DNA of 64,000 nucleotides, from contig OZ024758.1 of NCBI GenBank assembly GCA_964016885.1, forward strand, positions 29,326,001 to 29,390,000. The letters run 5' to 3'. Numbering within the stretch: the stretch's first letter is position 1; each line of letters opens with the position of its first letter. A program made the position numbers and the translations under genes. The notes below the pieces were generated by a model. That model saw nothing but the letters and a program-made list of their open reading frames with translations. It was not told where the DNA came from and searched no databases. This document shows, piece by piece, positions 26,051-38,283 of the stretch. The DNA is from Eledone cirrhosa (lineage: Eukaryota).

Positions 26051-26500
26051 CCTTTTTCATTGCTTCTAGTGTTCCAGGTGATATTTCATTTGAATTATCA
26101 AATTCAGTATTTTGAAGAGAAGATTCAAGATTATCAATGGAAGTATTTATATTCTGTTGTTTAGAATAAATAGTCTTTGGTAATCTGTCAGGCATCTCCA
26201 TTACTAACTGAAAATTCCCCAAATCTTCCGTTTCAGTTGTCTCAGTTAAATTTGTTGCTTCAGGCTGTAAATGGTTACCTTTTGATGTAGTGGCAGTTGC
26301 TGTGTTATAGTTTGTATGTTGAACCTTGAGCCTCTTAGAGTGTTGAACTTCCTCCGCTGGGTCAGTCACTTTTTCCTTTTTATGTAAATTCTTCAAAGAG
26401 AATATACTGTTGATGTAATCAGTGATTTTATTTGCATAAGTGTTTCGCTCGTTGACAGTCAGCTTCCGCTTCTTTCTCTTTTCAAACCGGTGCCGCAAAT
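26051..26500 (-). CDS. XNDC1N: XNDC1N-like, exon 8
   Basis: 450 nt, phase 1 to 1, encodes DLRHRFEKRKKRKLTVNER...EAMKK, GTAAG donor. Confidence 0.85.
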
Positions 26501-26526
26501 CTGAAGAATCAAAACAAAGCACTAAG

Positions 26527-26735
26527 TACCATATATACTCATATATATATGCTAATTCGAATATTTTCCCACCATTTTATGTCCGAGAAATAGGTAAAAA
26601 TCAAAACCTTATTTACGTAGAATCTAAAATTGGAAAAAAATCGTCAAAATATTGACCTCGAATATAAGCTGACACCTTTCTACCATCGATATTTTGGTCA
26701 CATATTCCTTGGCTTATATTCAAGTATATACAGTA
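26527..26735. mobile_element. pogo/Tc2-type MITE (also about 4052-4241 and 6142-6330)
   Basis: TACCATATATACTC ... TATATTCAAGTATATACAGTA inverted termini. Three related copies in the window. Confidence 0.6.
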
Positions 26736-27943
26736 ACTTACCAATGAAGTGACAAAGAGGAGAAATGAAAAGTTATATCATGCTGTTCTTAACTGAAATA
26801 GTTACAACTGATGTTAAAATTCACACTATGAAATCAGCTTGCCAAGAACTTACTGACACTCACTAAGTTAATTAACGTGTAATAAGAAAAATATGATTGT
26901 GAGAGTAGTTTTAAACTGACTTATCTTTGATTCTAGGTTATTCTCTTTCATCATTTTAACCCTTTAACATTCACATTACTCTATATTTACTATTATATTT
27001 TCATAGTAAACACTTTATTTTACATAATTATCTCACATAATATTGAATCTACGAGATTTTGATATTATTTATTTTGAGAACAATACCTTAACATAAGTAT
27101 GAGTGGCTAGTTACAGTCGATTTGAACAGAGAGGTGGGAAGATTCTGGACGGATAGAACTAGTTTAACCCTTTAATGTTCAAACCGGCCAGAATTCTCTA
27201 CCTCTTTCTGTTGAAACTGGCCACTCATACTGATGTCAAGGTATTATTCTCAAAATAAATACTTTCAAAATCTCATAGATTCGATATTATGTGAGATAAT
27301 TATGTAAGGTAAAGCCTTTACCATGAAATAGTAAATATAAAATTATGTGAATGCTAAAGGGTTAAATATTCTTATACCATTATCATATATCATTTGATGT
27401 ACAATAATTCTCACTACTGTTGTAAATAGTCTTTTAATTCATTTTTATATAAACATTGTTTCAAGCAGTTGAACGTTCCTATAAGATATGGCATAATATA
27501 TTACTCGTGCTAAACAGTCAACTTACAGACCTTATAAAAGAATTCAGATTTCAAACATTTACCATCACAATGAATTAAAATTTGGAGATCATGCATTGTT
27601 TACACATATCATTCGGGTTCACATCCCCTCACTTTGGTTACTATATCATCCTCGTTATTTATTGTCCACTAGGGCGGTGGATTGGCAGTATCGGTAGAGA
27701 GTCGGACACCATGCTTTGAAGCATAGAGTTACGTCCCTTTATGATCTGAGTTCAAATCCCGCCGAGGTTAACTTTGCCTTTCATCCTTACGGGGTCGATA
27801 GAATAAAGTACCAGTAATGCATTGGGTAATTGCTGGCCTTGTGCCTAAAATAGAAACGGTTATTTATTGTCCACTTTCCTTGCTAGCAAGGGTTGGTATT
27901 CAGAGTTGCTGGCTCTTCAGATGGACTGGGAACTAACATCTTG

Positions 27944-28185
27944 CTTACACACATTCCAGCACTTTACCTGGGAACTTACACACATTCCAGCACTTTACCT
28001 GGGAACTTACACACATTCCAGCACTTTACCTGGGAACTTACACACATTCCAGCACTTTACCTGGGAACTTACACACATTCCAGCACTTTACCTGGGAACT
28101 TACACACATTCCAGCACTTTACCTGGGAACTTACACACATTCCAGCACTTTACCTGGGAACTTACACACATTCCAGCACTTTACC
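27944..28185. repeat. 31-bp minisatellite (about 8 copies)
   Basis: Unit CTTACACACATTCCAGCACTTTACCTGGGAA. Confidence 0.95.
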
Positions 28186-28650
28186 AAAAACTCAGATGGG
28201 TCGGTGGCCTGCAACTCACTCACATACAATCCTGTGCTCTACGGAGTCCATTTTATTGTGACATCAGCAACAGGGAGGTTGTCTTTGACATAGCTGAACA
28301 GTCCTCCTGGTTCTTTGTTTGGAAAGCTTTTTATGGCTGGATGTCCTTCCTATCCAACTACTGTACAAAGTGTACCGAGTGCAAGATGTATGACCCAGCC
28401 CCTTCTGAGTACATGGTAGAGTGTGGGAACATATATGAGATGCAAGCTCCTGGCCCAACTGAGAGGCCTGTAGCTCTGCATGAGACTTAGTCCAACCCTT
28501 GCTAGACACCAGAAGGATGACATGTTGACAAGATTGAACTCAGAACATAAAGAGCTGTAACCAAATGCCACAAAGCATTTTGCCCAACACTCTAACAATT
28601 TTGCCAACTCACTTCCTTCTACTCCTAAAAATAATAATTCCAATATAAGA

Positions 28651-29312
28651 TTAACCCTTTAGCATTTACATTACTCTATATATACTATTGTATTTTCACA
28701 GTAAAGGCTTTACCTCACATAATATCTCACATAACATTTACATTACTCTATATATACTATTATATTTTCACAGTAAAGGCTTTACCTCACATAACATTTA
28801 CATTACTCTATATTTCATTGTTATATTTTTGTACTCGTTAATTATATGTAAACTTCCCCCCTTGTATCTGTCCCTACCTTTTGTGCCCTAGTGGCAAATA
28901 AAGAAACCACTCTATATATACTATTGTATTTTCACAGTAAAGGCTTTACCTCACATAACATTTACATTATATATACTATTGTATTTTCACAGTAAAGGCT
29001 TTACCTCACATAACATTTACATTATATATACTATTGTATTTTCACAGTAAAGGCTTTACCTCACATAACATTTACATTACTCTATATATACTATTGTATT
29101 TTCACAGTAAAGGCTTTACCTCACATACCATTTACATTACTCTATATATACTATTGTATTTTCACAGTAAAGGCTTTACCTCACATAATATTGAATCTAC
29201 GAGATTTTGATATAATCTTTTTTGAGAACAATACCTTAACATAAGTATGAGTGGCCAGTTTCAGCTGATTTGAACAGAGGTGAGAGAATTCTAGCCAGAT
29301 ATGGCCAGTTAA
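28651..29312. repeat. piggyBac-type MITE with shorter internal array and a nested retroposon tail
   Basis: TTAACCCTTTTAGCATTTAC start and about 7 units of the same satellite. Foreign insert at 28814-28908. Confidence 0.85.
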
Positions 29313-29344
29313 ATAAGCTTCATAACAACCTGAAAAATATTTAC

Positions 29345-29420
29345 CTGCTATGGTGACAGAATGTAATTGTTTCTTGTCAATTTTCAGCTTTGATATAAAT
29401 ATATCCATTTCTTCTTCTAT
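29345..29420 (-). CDS. XNDC1N: XNDC1N-like, exon 7
   Basis: 76 nt, phase 0 to 1, encodes IEEEMDIFISKLKIDKKQLHSVTIA, with ATTTCAG acceptor and CAG|GTAAA donor. Confidence 0.82.
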
Positions 29421-31086
29421 CTGAAATATAATTTTGTTGTAAAGGTTATATCTTAGTATTTATTTATTCAATATACAAAATCTCACATGAAAGGCCATTA
29501 ACATATAAAAATAATGGAGAAGTATTTAATAAAAACAAAACACTATTAAAGGGAACAGAAAAGGAAGAAAAAAGAAAGAAGGATCAAGCAACCAAAGAAC
29601 GGGAGAGGAAAGGACAGTCAATTACAACCCATCTTTCTGGGATCAATAAAATAAAGTACCAGTAATGTACTGGTGGTTGATGTATTCCCTCAAATTGCTG
29701 GTCTTGTACCAATGTTAGAAAAAAAGAATTATTTATGATGGTGACATGGCAAAAAGGCACCCAGTCCACACAGTAAAGTGGCCATGTAGGTGGCACGACA
29801 AAAAACACCCAGTCAATACTGTAAATGTGGTTGGCATTAGGAAGGGCATCCAACCATAGAAACCAAACAAGAAAACAGTTCTGCGTGAGCAAGACACGGT
29901 CACCTGACCCAACTTACCTTAAACAGGACCTGTCAACCCATGCTAGCATGGGAAAATGGACATTAAATGATGATGATGATGATGTATCATCTATCCACCT
30001 TGTTTGTGATATATTGTTATGCTAATGTTATTTTATCTGACACTCTACTGATTCTGCTAGCAGTTAAGTTTACTTAACCTTTTTGATGTCAAACTACTCA
30101 AAACCACCCTGGATTTATATTACAAAAATATCTCATTTTAAAATGTTTATATCAGCATTCTTTTTACACTCACTTTTCCATGATGGCATGGGTTGGACAG
30201 GATGTTTTGAGACAATGTTTTACAGTTAGATGTCCTTCCCGATGCCAAATCTTTTAGTTGCCTCATATATAGTGTCTCTATTCTATTAACTGGAATATTT
30301 TATATCATCATCATCATACGTCCGCTTTTCCCTGCTTGCAAGGGTGGGATGGGAACTGTTTCTGGCTTGATTTCTACATCTGGATGCCCTTCCTAACACC
30401 AACCTCATTTACAGTGAGTGCTGGGTGCTTTTTTGCCGTGGCACCTCCACGACCACTTTGCAGTGGAATGATAGGGACCCCAGTCCTATCATCTCATTTC
30501 TACAGCTGAGTAAACTGGAGCAATGTGAAATAAAGTGTCTTGCTCAAGGAAACAACACATCACCCGGTCTCAGAACTGAACTCACAACCTTTCGATTGCA
30601 AGCCCAATGCTCTAACCACTAAGCCATGTGCCTTATATATTTATATTAAATCCTTTCACCATAATTATATTTTAGAAAGTTTTGTTAACTAAAGTGGTTG
30701 GAAGGGCATCCAACTGTAGAAAGCTTACCAAAGAGTTGGGAGAATCTTTCAGTTGTGTCAAAGATATGACAACCACTCCTTTGCATTTGATAGAACGTGA
30801 GACTGTACATAAGCGAGATCCCTGGCTTGTCTTTGAGGCCAGTAGCCCTGCTTCAGTACTGACCTGATCTATGTAGACCTGTCCAATCCTTGCTAGCAAG
30901 GAAAGTGGACATTAAAATGATGATGAAAGTTTTGGTAACTAATGTTCTAACCATCAGCTTACTATAATACAAAACAGTTATTTTATTAAATTCCTCAAAA
31001 TGTTTGGTTATTTTCAAAATTAATTGAAATAAATAAGCAGTGTGTTATTTCATTAGAACTACAGTAATGAAAGGGTTAACACATAC

Positions 31087-31312
31087 CAATAAATTCTGTC
31101 TTTGAGCCGCCGTTTCTGAAAACAACACACTGTTTTTAGTTTTTCCATCAGTCTTGTATCGAGTTTCAGGAGAATATTTCCCAACATTTTCTTTAGCAGC
31201 TAGCAACATTTGAGCAGTCCGAGATAATTGTTGCCCTGACTCAGCTCCACCTTCTCCAGTGGATGATATCTTCAGCAACTGAGCCCTGAGTTCATCTTCA
31301 CGTTCAAATTTT
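31087..31312 (-). CDS. XNDC1N: XNDC1N-like, exon 6
   Basis: 226 nt, phase 2 to 0, encodes KFEREDELRAQLLKISSTGEGG...LSRTAQMLLAAKEN...QRQNLL. Confidence 0.83.
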
Positions 31313-32281
31313 CTATAAAAACAACAACACATCAATTTATTTCTAATTTAGACACAAACCCAACAAATTTTTGGAAAAGAGAAAAGTTGATTAACCTCTT
31401 CACTGCCACAGACGAGATAACTCGTCCTAATATGTTTGAACTCCTTTCCAACAGTTCATAACTTCAAAGCTAGATGGGGTTACTAGTTTATTGATGTGAT
31501 GTTTGTCAATCATTCAGATATATGTTGTTAATAAATGTTTGTTTTAAAAAATAGCCATTTTACTGGAAAAAGAAAACCTGGCACAGCAATTGTAGTTGTG
31601 TAAAATATACATGGCAACCAACAGGTTAAATCAACCCTAGTACATGACTGGTATTTTATTTTATTGACCCCCAGAAGAATGAAAGGCAAAGTTGACAATT
31701 GTGGGATTTAAACTCAGAATGTAAAGTGACCGAACAAATACTGCAATGACATTTTAACTGATGGACTACTTATTCTGCCAATCTACAAACCTACGACACA
31801 TCAAATTAATTAACTCTTTAATAGAATATCATTTTAATTAAGTTTCTAATTAAAAATTGTGGTCCTGTAATGATTCAGCAAAAAATATCTAAAAATAGGG
31901 TTTGTTAATTCAAATGTTTAAAGTGTTTTTTCTAATGAATAGATTGTGAAAATTTGCAGTGTCAGAATAAAGACTTTAAATAAAATCATGGTGCTGTTTT
32001 GTATTTTTTAAGAATGTCTTGCTAATGTGGTTTCGTGTGGTACAGGATGTTCAGTGTTAAAATGATTAATGATAGGAAAAGGATCCAGTTACAAAAACAA
32101 CATGATACATGCAACAAAGATTGGCAATATTTTGTGTTGTGAATCAGGTGATGAAGGAGTAGCAAGACATATACTGGTGCAAATATGTCCAGCCCATGCC
32201 AATATGGAAAAAAAAACAGATGTAAACAATGATGATATTATTTCTTGTATACCAAAACAAAATGTTATTCTTACAGCTTAC

Positions 32282-32326
32282 ACCGATGCAGATTTAGCTG
32301 GCTTTCTACCCCCCAGCAATATGCCA
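32282..32326 (-). CDS. Possible 45-nt cassette micro-exon of the XNDC1N-like gene (GILLGGRKPAKSAS)
   Basis: TTTTTCTATACAG acceptor and GT|GTAAG donor, symmetric phase 2/2. It would require a 43-nt upstream intron. Confidence 0.35.
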
Positions 32327-32369
32327 CTGTATAGAAAAATAGAAAATGTAAAAATATCAAGTAACTTAC

Positions 32370-32449
32370 ACAGGAGGTTGTTTGTCTTTGAAAAAATGTT
32401 CCTTAATCTTTTCATTTGATATTTTCTTTGATATATCTTTTTCCAAAGT
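32370..32449 (-). CDS. XNDC1N: XNDC1N-like, exon 5
   Basis: 80 nt, phase 0 to 2, encodes TLEKDISKKISNEKIKEHFFKDKQPP, with CTTCAG acceptor and GTAAG donor. Confidence 0.75.
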
Positions 32450-33549
32450 CTGAAGAATGAAGTGGATTTTTTTAAAAAAATCAATGCAAAATAGAGATTA
32501 TTTATTGATATATTTGTATAGAAAATACAATACACCTATTTCTATTATTATAAACGATTGGCAGTATAGGTAGAGGGTCGGAGGCCAAGAGTTACGGCCC
32601 TTGCCATTCTGAATTCAAATCCCGCCGAGGTTAACTTTGCCTTTCATCCTTACAGGGTCGATAAAATAAAGTACCAGTAATGTACTGGGTAATTGCTGGC
32701 TTTGTGCCAAAAGTAGAAACAATTATTATAAACGATTACTTTTCAACTTTGATACACCACAGGGATTTTATTACTTTACTTAGCTATCACTAGAGTGGAT
32801 GTCATGTTCCCTGCAAAGGTAAATCATCCTTTTTACTCCCAGTAGACCTTCCATATACATACACACAGCACATACACAATATAGTACTCTGTGTTGTGGG
32901 TTTCATTTCAGATGTCATGCTGTAAATTGTACAGAGAGAACTTGGATACAAAACAAGACTATTGGTCTTTCAACTATTTACAAAAATAAAATAAAATTTG
33001 TTACAAACAAATGTGCTACAGTTGAATAGAAGAGATAGAAAGCCAAGAAGAGAAAGTGTCCATTTATACCTGTCCCATGTGCACTGGAACTAGTTGTATC
33101 GACCTTAAAGCACTGAAACAATGTACCTCCAGCAGTCTAATGAGAGGGGACTATCCTGTGTTTCATCCAATTTTCCGCTGTCTTTGCCCACCTTTATATA
33201 TCATCATTTTACGTCCGCTTTTCCTTGCTTGCAAGGGTGGGACGGGAACTGATTCTGGCTTGATTTCTATACCAACCGCATTTACAGTGAGTGGTGGGTG
33301 CTTTTTTTCCCGTGGCTCCTACACGTCCACTTTACAGTGTGGGCTGGGTGCTTTTTTTCCGTGACACCTCCACGACCACTTTACAGTGGAATGATAGGGA
33401 CCCCAGTCCTATCATCTCATTTCTACAGCTGAGTAAACTGGAGCAATGTGAAATAAAGTGTCTTGCTCAAGGAAACAACACATCATCCGGTCTGAGAATT
33501 GAACTCACAAGGCCAATACTCTAACCACTAAGCCATGTGCCTTCACACA

Positions 33550-33553
<4 letters not shown>

Positions 33554-33615
<62 letters not shown>
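33554..33615. repeat. (TA)n microsatellite (others at 133-192, 45241-45261, 54137-54158)
   Basis: Direct reading of the sequence. Confidence 0.95.
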
Positions 33616-33618
<3 letters not shown>

Positions 33619-34379
33619 TATATTAGAAAGTGAGGTTTTTTTACAAAATGAAAAAAAAAAACGAGGTGCCTACACGAATGAAAGTATAAGAAAAAAGATG
33701 AAATTGAAAATGTAACTGGAGTATTTAAAAAAAAAAAAATATTTATTTGGTTCCTTTACCGGTTTTGCAGTTCTTGTGCTTTTCAAAAGTAGAATTGAGA
33801 TGGAGGGTTTGTGGTTTATACATATATTCTGCATACATGAGTATTCAAGCAATATTGGTTAAATCTATACAGATATTTATAATTTTGAATTCATTTATAT
33901 TTATTTAACTACTATAACCCACTGTCGCAAACATATTTCCAAAATTATCTGCCATTTGACAAGTAACACTCTTATGTATGTGTGTGTGTGTGTATGTGTG
34001 AATCCCGGGTTCAATCGGGGGTAACCACAGTAAGTAAAGTACTCAATACATTAATAGAGTATATACAACAAAGTTTAATATAAAAATTGCTTCTACAGGA
34101 CTAGAAGTTTTTCATTCAAAAGAAATCATCAGGACTTTCTTGATGATTTCCTTTGAATGAAACAGTTCTAGTCCTGTAGAAGCCATTTTTATATTAAACT
34201 TTGTTATAATATATATAATAGAATTAAATGTTTTTGTCATGAAATTTATTTTTGATAACTGAATTTTATAGAGAAATATGAAAAAATTTAACTTGCAGAT
34301 AGATTCAATAACGCTACTATTGTATTGAACAATTTTAGTTAACTAAGAAGATTGATGAATGCTAAAAAAAGCTTCTTAC

Positions 34380-34531
34380 TTGTTTAATAGACTTTGATGA
34401 TGAAGAAGCTGAGTGTATATTTTTTATTCTGATGAAAGAAAGACCAAACTGGACATTTTTCCGATAATTCTGTCGACAAATCACATGGATGCGATCCCAA
34501 ACTCCCTTACCAGTTGCAGGACAAAAGTCTT
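34380..34531 (-). CDS. XNDC1N: XNDC1N-like, exon 4
   Basis: 152 nt, encodes DFCPATGKGVWDRIHVICRQNYRKNVQFGLSFIRIK..., the XRCC1-N 'WDR...C.Q....FGLSFI' motif. Confidence 0.92.
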
Positions 34532-35195
34532 CTACAAAGTAGAAAAATAAAGTAATTATTAAACACAATACAATATGATGGATTCTCAAAACCTACATAA
34601 CATTAACTTATCTGATGCCTTGCTATATAAGCTTGTATTACCACAAGGAAGAAATAATGAGGGTGTATTAATTTTAACTCTTTCGTTACCATATTTCTAT
34701 TAAAAAATATTGTCTATAATTATCAAATAATTTTGAAAAAAAACTAAAGAAATTGGAGGGATTTAGTAAAATAATTAACTTGTTAATTATTAAGCTGTTG
34801 TTTGGAACATAAACAAATGTTCCTACAAAAAATATGATGGAAGGTTTTTAGATAACTCTAAACAAGTGTGTATCATAGAATAAGGAGTGATTTTAGGCAA
34901 TTTTGTATCAAAAGACAACTATAGCTATTTTATTTCTTCCTTATAACAACAGGTTGTTGTAGTTGAGAGAGAAATACAGTGAGAGAGTGTGTGTGTGATA
35001 GATAGGTAGAGAGAGTTGTCTCCACACTAACAAGTTTAAATTGAAAATGCAGGAATTTTAAGTGCAAGTGTATCAACATGTGTGGAAAAAGCCTGTATGT
35101 GTGTGTATGTGTTTCTGGATGTCCTAAGGAAAACTGGGCTACAACTAGTATTTATATTAAATATACAGAAAACAAGCAATCCAATCTTTACTTAC

Positions 35196-35351
35196 TAGCA
35201 CTGAACATAGATGTGTGATCTATGTTACGACCAAGTTGAATATCAGACAGTGTCATTAAATTAACATTACGTATTAATGGCTCAAACTGACGACTCTGAG
35301 GCCAATCAGATTTTCCAACATGAACTTCTATATTGGAGCACATATGTGAAC
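35196..35351 (-). CDS. XNDC1N: XNDC1N-like, exon 3
   Basis: 156 nt, encodes GSHMCSNIEVHVGKSDWPQSRQFEPLIRNVNLMTLSDIQLGRNIDHTSMFSA. Resembles XNDC1N 'VGRSSWP...LMSLTDSKQGKN..VRMF'. Confidence 0.9.
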
Positions 35352-35442
35352 CTAAGAGATAGAAGAAAAAGCAGGAAATGTAGTTTTGCATACAATAAAT
35401 GAAGGAATACAAGAGTAATTCTCTCTTTCACACACACATTAA

Positions 35443-36586
35443 CCCTTTAGCATTTACATTACTCTATATATACTATTGTATTGTCACAGTAAAGGCTTTA
35501 CCTCACATAACATTTACATTACTCTATATATACTATTGTATTGTCACAGTAAAGGCTTTACCTCACATAATATCTCACATAACATTTACATTACTCTATA
35601 TATACTATTGTATTGTCACAGTAAAGGCTTTACCTTACATAATATCTCACATAACATTAACATTACTCTATATATACTATTGTATTGTCACAGTAAAGGC
35701 TTTACCTCACATAATATCTCACATAACATTTACATTACTCTATATATACTATTGTATTGTCACAGTAAAGGCTTTACCTCACATAACATTTACATTACTC
35801 TATATATACTATTGTATTGTCACAGTAAAGGCTTTACCTCACATAACATTTACATTACTCTATATATACTATTGTATTGTCACAGTAAAGGCTTTACCTC
35901 ACATAATATCTCACATAACATTTACATTACTCTATATATACTATTGTATTGTCACAGTAAAGGCTTTACCTCACATAATATCTCACATAACATTTACATT
36001 ACTCTATATATACTATTGTATTTTTACAGTAAAGGCTTTACCTCACATAACATTTACATTACTCTATATATACTATTGTATTTTCACAGTAAAGGCTTTA
36101 CCTCACATAATATCTCACATAACATTTACATTACTCTATATATACTATTGTATTTTTACAGTAAAGGCTTTACCTCACATAACATTTACATTACTCTATA
36201 TATACTATTGTATTTTCACAGTAAAGGCTTTACCTCACATAATATCTCACATAACATTTACATTACTCTATATATACTATTGTATTTTTACAGTAAAGGC
36301 TTTACCTCACATAACATTTACATTACTCTATATATACTATTGTATTTTCACAGTAAAGGCTTTACCTCACATAATATCTCACATAACATTTACATTACTC
36401 TATATATACTATTGTGTTGTCACAGTAAAGGCTTTACCTCACATAATATCGAATCTATGAGATTTTGATATTATTTATTTTGAGAACAATACTTTAACAT
36501 AAGTATGAGCAGCCGGTTATGGCCAGTTTGAACAGAAAGAGATGAGAACATTCTAGCTGGATATGACTGGATTAAATGCTAAAGTG
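35443..36586. repeat. piggyBac-type MITE with internal 60/73-bp tandem array (opposite orientation)
   Basis: TTAA-CCCTTTAGCATTTA ... TAAATGCTAAAGTG-TTAA termini. Same unit as 4437-6064. Confidence 0.9.
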
Positions 36587-36738
36587 TTAACATACATATA
36601 TATATATTAACAATCATTATTGATAAATTGTTAATATTTTAAAGTTCAATAATCATTGATAGAATAGTTTCAAAATCAATATTTGCATTTAAAATACAAG
36701 CTATAAACACTGCCTCTTTCTTTACCTTTGTTTCCCTT

Positions 36739-37682
36739 TCTAGCTAGGTGCCCCTCTCTGTCTTACACACACACACACACTCACACATGTTCTAGCTAGG
36801 TGCCCCTCTCTGTCTTACACACACACACTCACACATGTTCTAGCTAGGTGCCCCTCTCTGTCTTACACACACACACACATGTTCTAGCTAGGTGCCCCTC
36901 TCTGTCTTACACACACACACATGTTCTAGCTAGGTGCCCCTCTCTGTCTTACACACACACACACATGTTCTAGCTAGGTGCCCCTCTCTGTCTTACACAC
37001 ACACACACACACACACACATGTTCTAGCTAGGTGCCCCTCTCTGTCTTACACACACACACACATGTTCTAGCTAGGTGACCCTGTCTTACACACACACAC
37101 GTTCTAGCTAGGTGCCCCTCTCTGCTCTGTCTTACACACACACATGTTCTAGCTAGGTGACCCTGTCTTACACACACACACACTCACACATGTTCTAGCT
37201 AGGTGCCCCCCTCTGTCTTACACACACACACACTCACACATGTTCTAGCTAAGTGCCCCTCTCTGTCTTACACACACACACACGTTCTAGCTAGGTGCCC
37301 CTCTCTGTCTTACACACACTCACATATGTTCTAGCTAAGTGCCCCTCTCTGTCTTACACACACACACACGTTCTAGCTAGGTGCCCCTCTCTGTCTTACA
37401 CACACTCACATGTTCTAGCTAGGTGCCCCTCTCTGTCTTACACACACACACACATGTTCTAGCTAGGTGACCCTGTCTTACACACACACACGTTCTAGCT
37501 AGGTGCCCCTCTCTGCTCTGTCTTACACACACACATCTTCTAGCTAGGTGACCCTGTCTTACACACACACACTCACACATGTTCTAGCTAGATGCCCCTC
37601 TCTGTCTTACACACACACACACTCACATATGTTCTAGCTAGGTGCCCCTCTCTGTCTTACACACACACACACTCACACATGT
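36739..37682. repeat. Compound minisatellite: constant TTCTAGCTAGGTGCCCCTCTCTGTCTTA plus variable (CA)n
   Basis: About 20 units, with length variation mostly in the CA tract. Confidence 0.95.
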
Positions 37683-38283
37683 CAGAGAAAGCGAATTCTA
37701 GTGTAAAAACCTGAAGAACTTAGAGGCAGAAACAATTTGGAGGAGGAAGACAGGAAAATTGAAAGATCTATTTGTCTGTGACAAATTTAAAGAAATCTTA
37801 CTGGACACTTATTACATAAAATAAGAGGAGACAGAGTCTTACAACATAGAGGGAGTCTACGAGACAATTTGCTGAAGGCAACAGACAAGTTCTATTGTTG
37901 GTGCAAGGTCCCAGCAAGACAGAAGGTGAAATAGTAGTAAGACTATAGTGTAGAAAGGGCAATTAAAGCTAAGAAACAGAAAAGACTAGAAGAATGAGGG
38001 AAGCAGTGAAATACCAAGTAACCAGAAGAGAAGCTAGGCATCAGGTCTACTTAGCTAGAGAAAAAGTAGAAATTAAGCAGTTTGTACGTTCTATGATGAG
38101 AGGTGTGGTTCAGATTGCAAGATTTAAAGAAAATCAAGACATTGCTGGGAGAAGTGCATTTAGAATAACTAATCATGGGAGTACTCGGAGTGGTTATATA
38201 TATATAGCCATAAACAGTTCTGTATGAGCAGGACACAGTCACCTGACCCAGCTTGCCTTAAATGGGACAACCTGTAGTAGTAA

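Noticed and set aside
27867-28490. 207-aa and 122-aa ORFs
   Set aside because: Produced by the 31-bp minisatellite plus SINE remnants.
35399-36468. 353/330-aa ORFs (also 4499-6155 and 59212-59493)
   Set aside because: Read-through of the MITE-derived 60/73-bp arrays.
36739-37682. CRISPR-like look (constant repeat with variable spacers)
   Set aside because: The spacers are only (CA)n of varying length, the context is a eukaryotic intron, and there are no cas genes.
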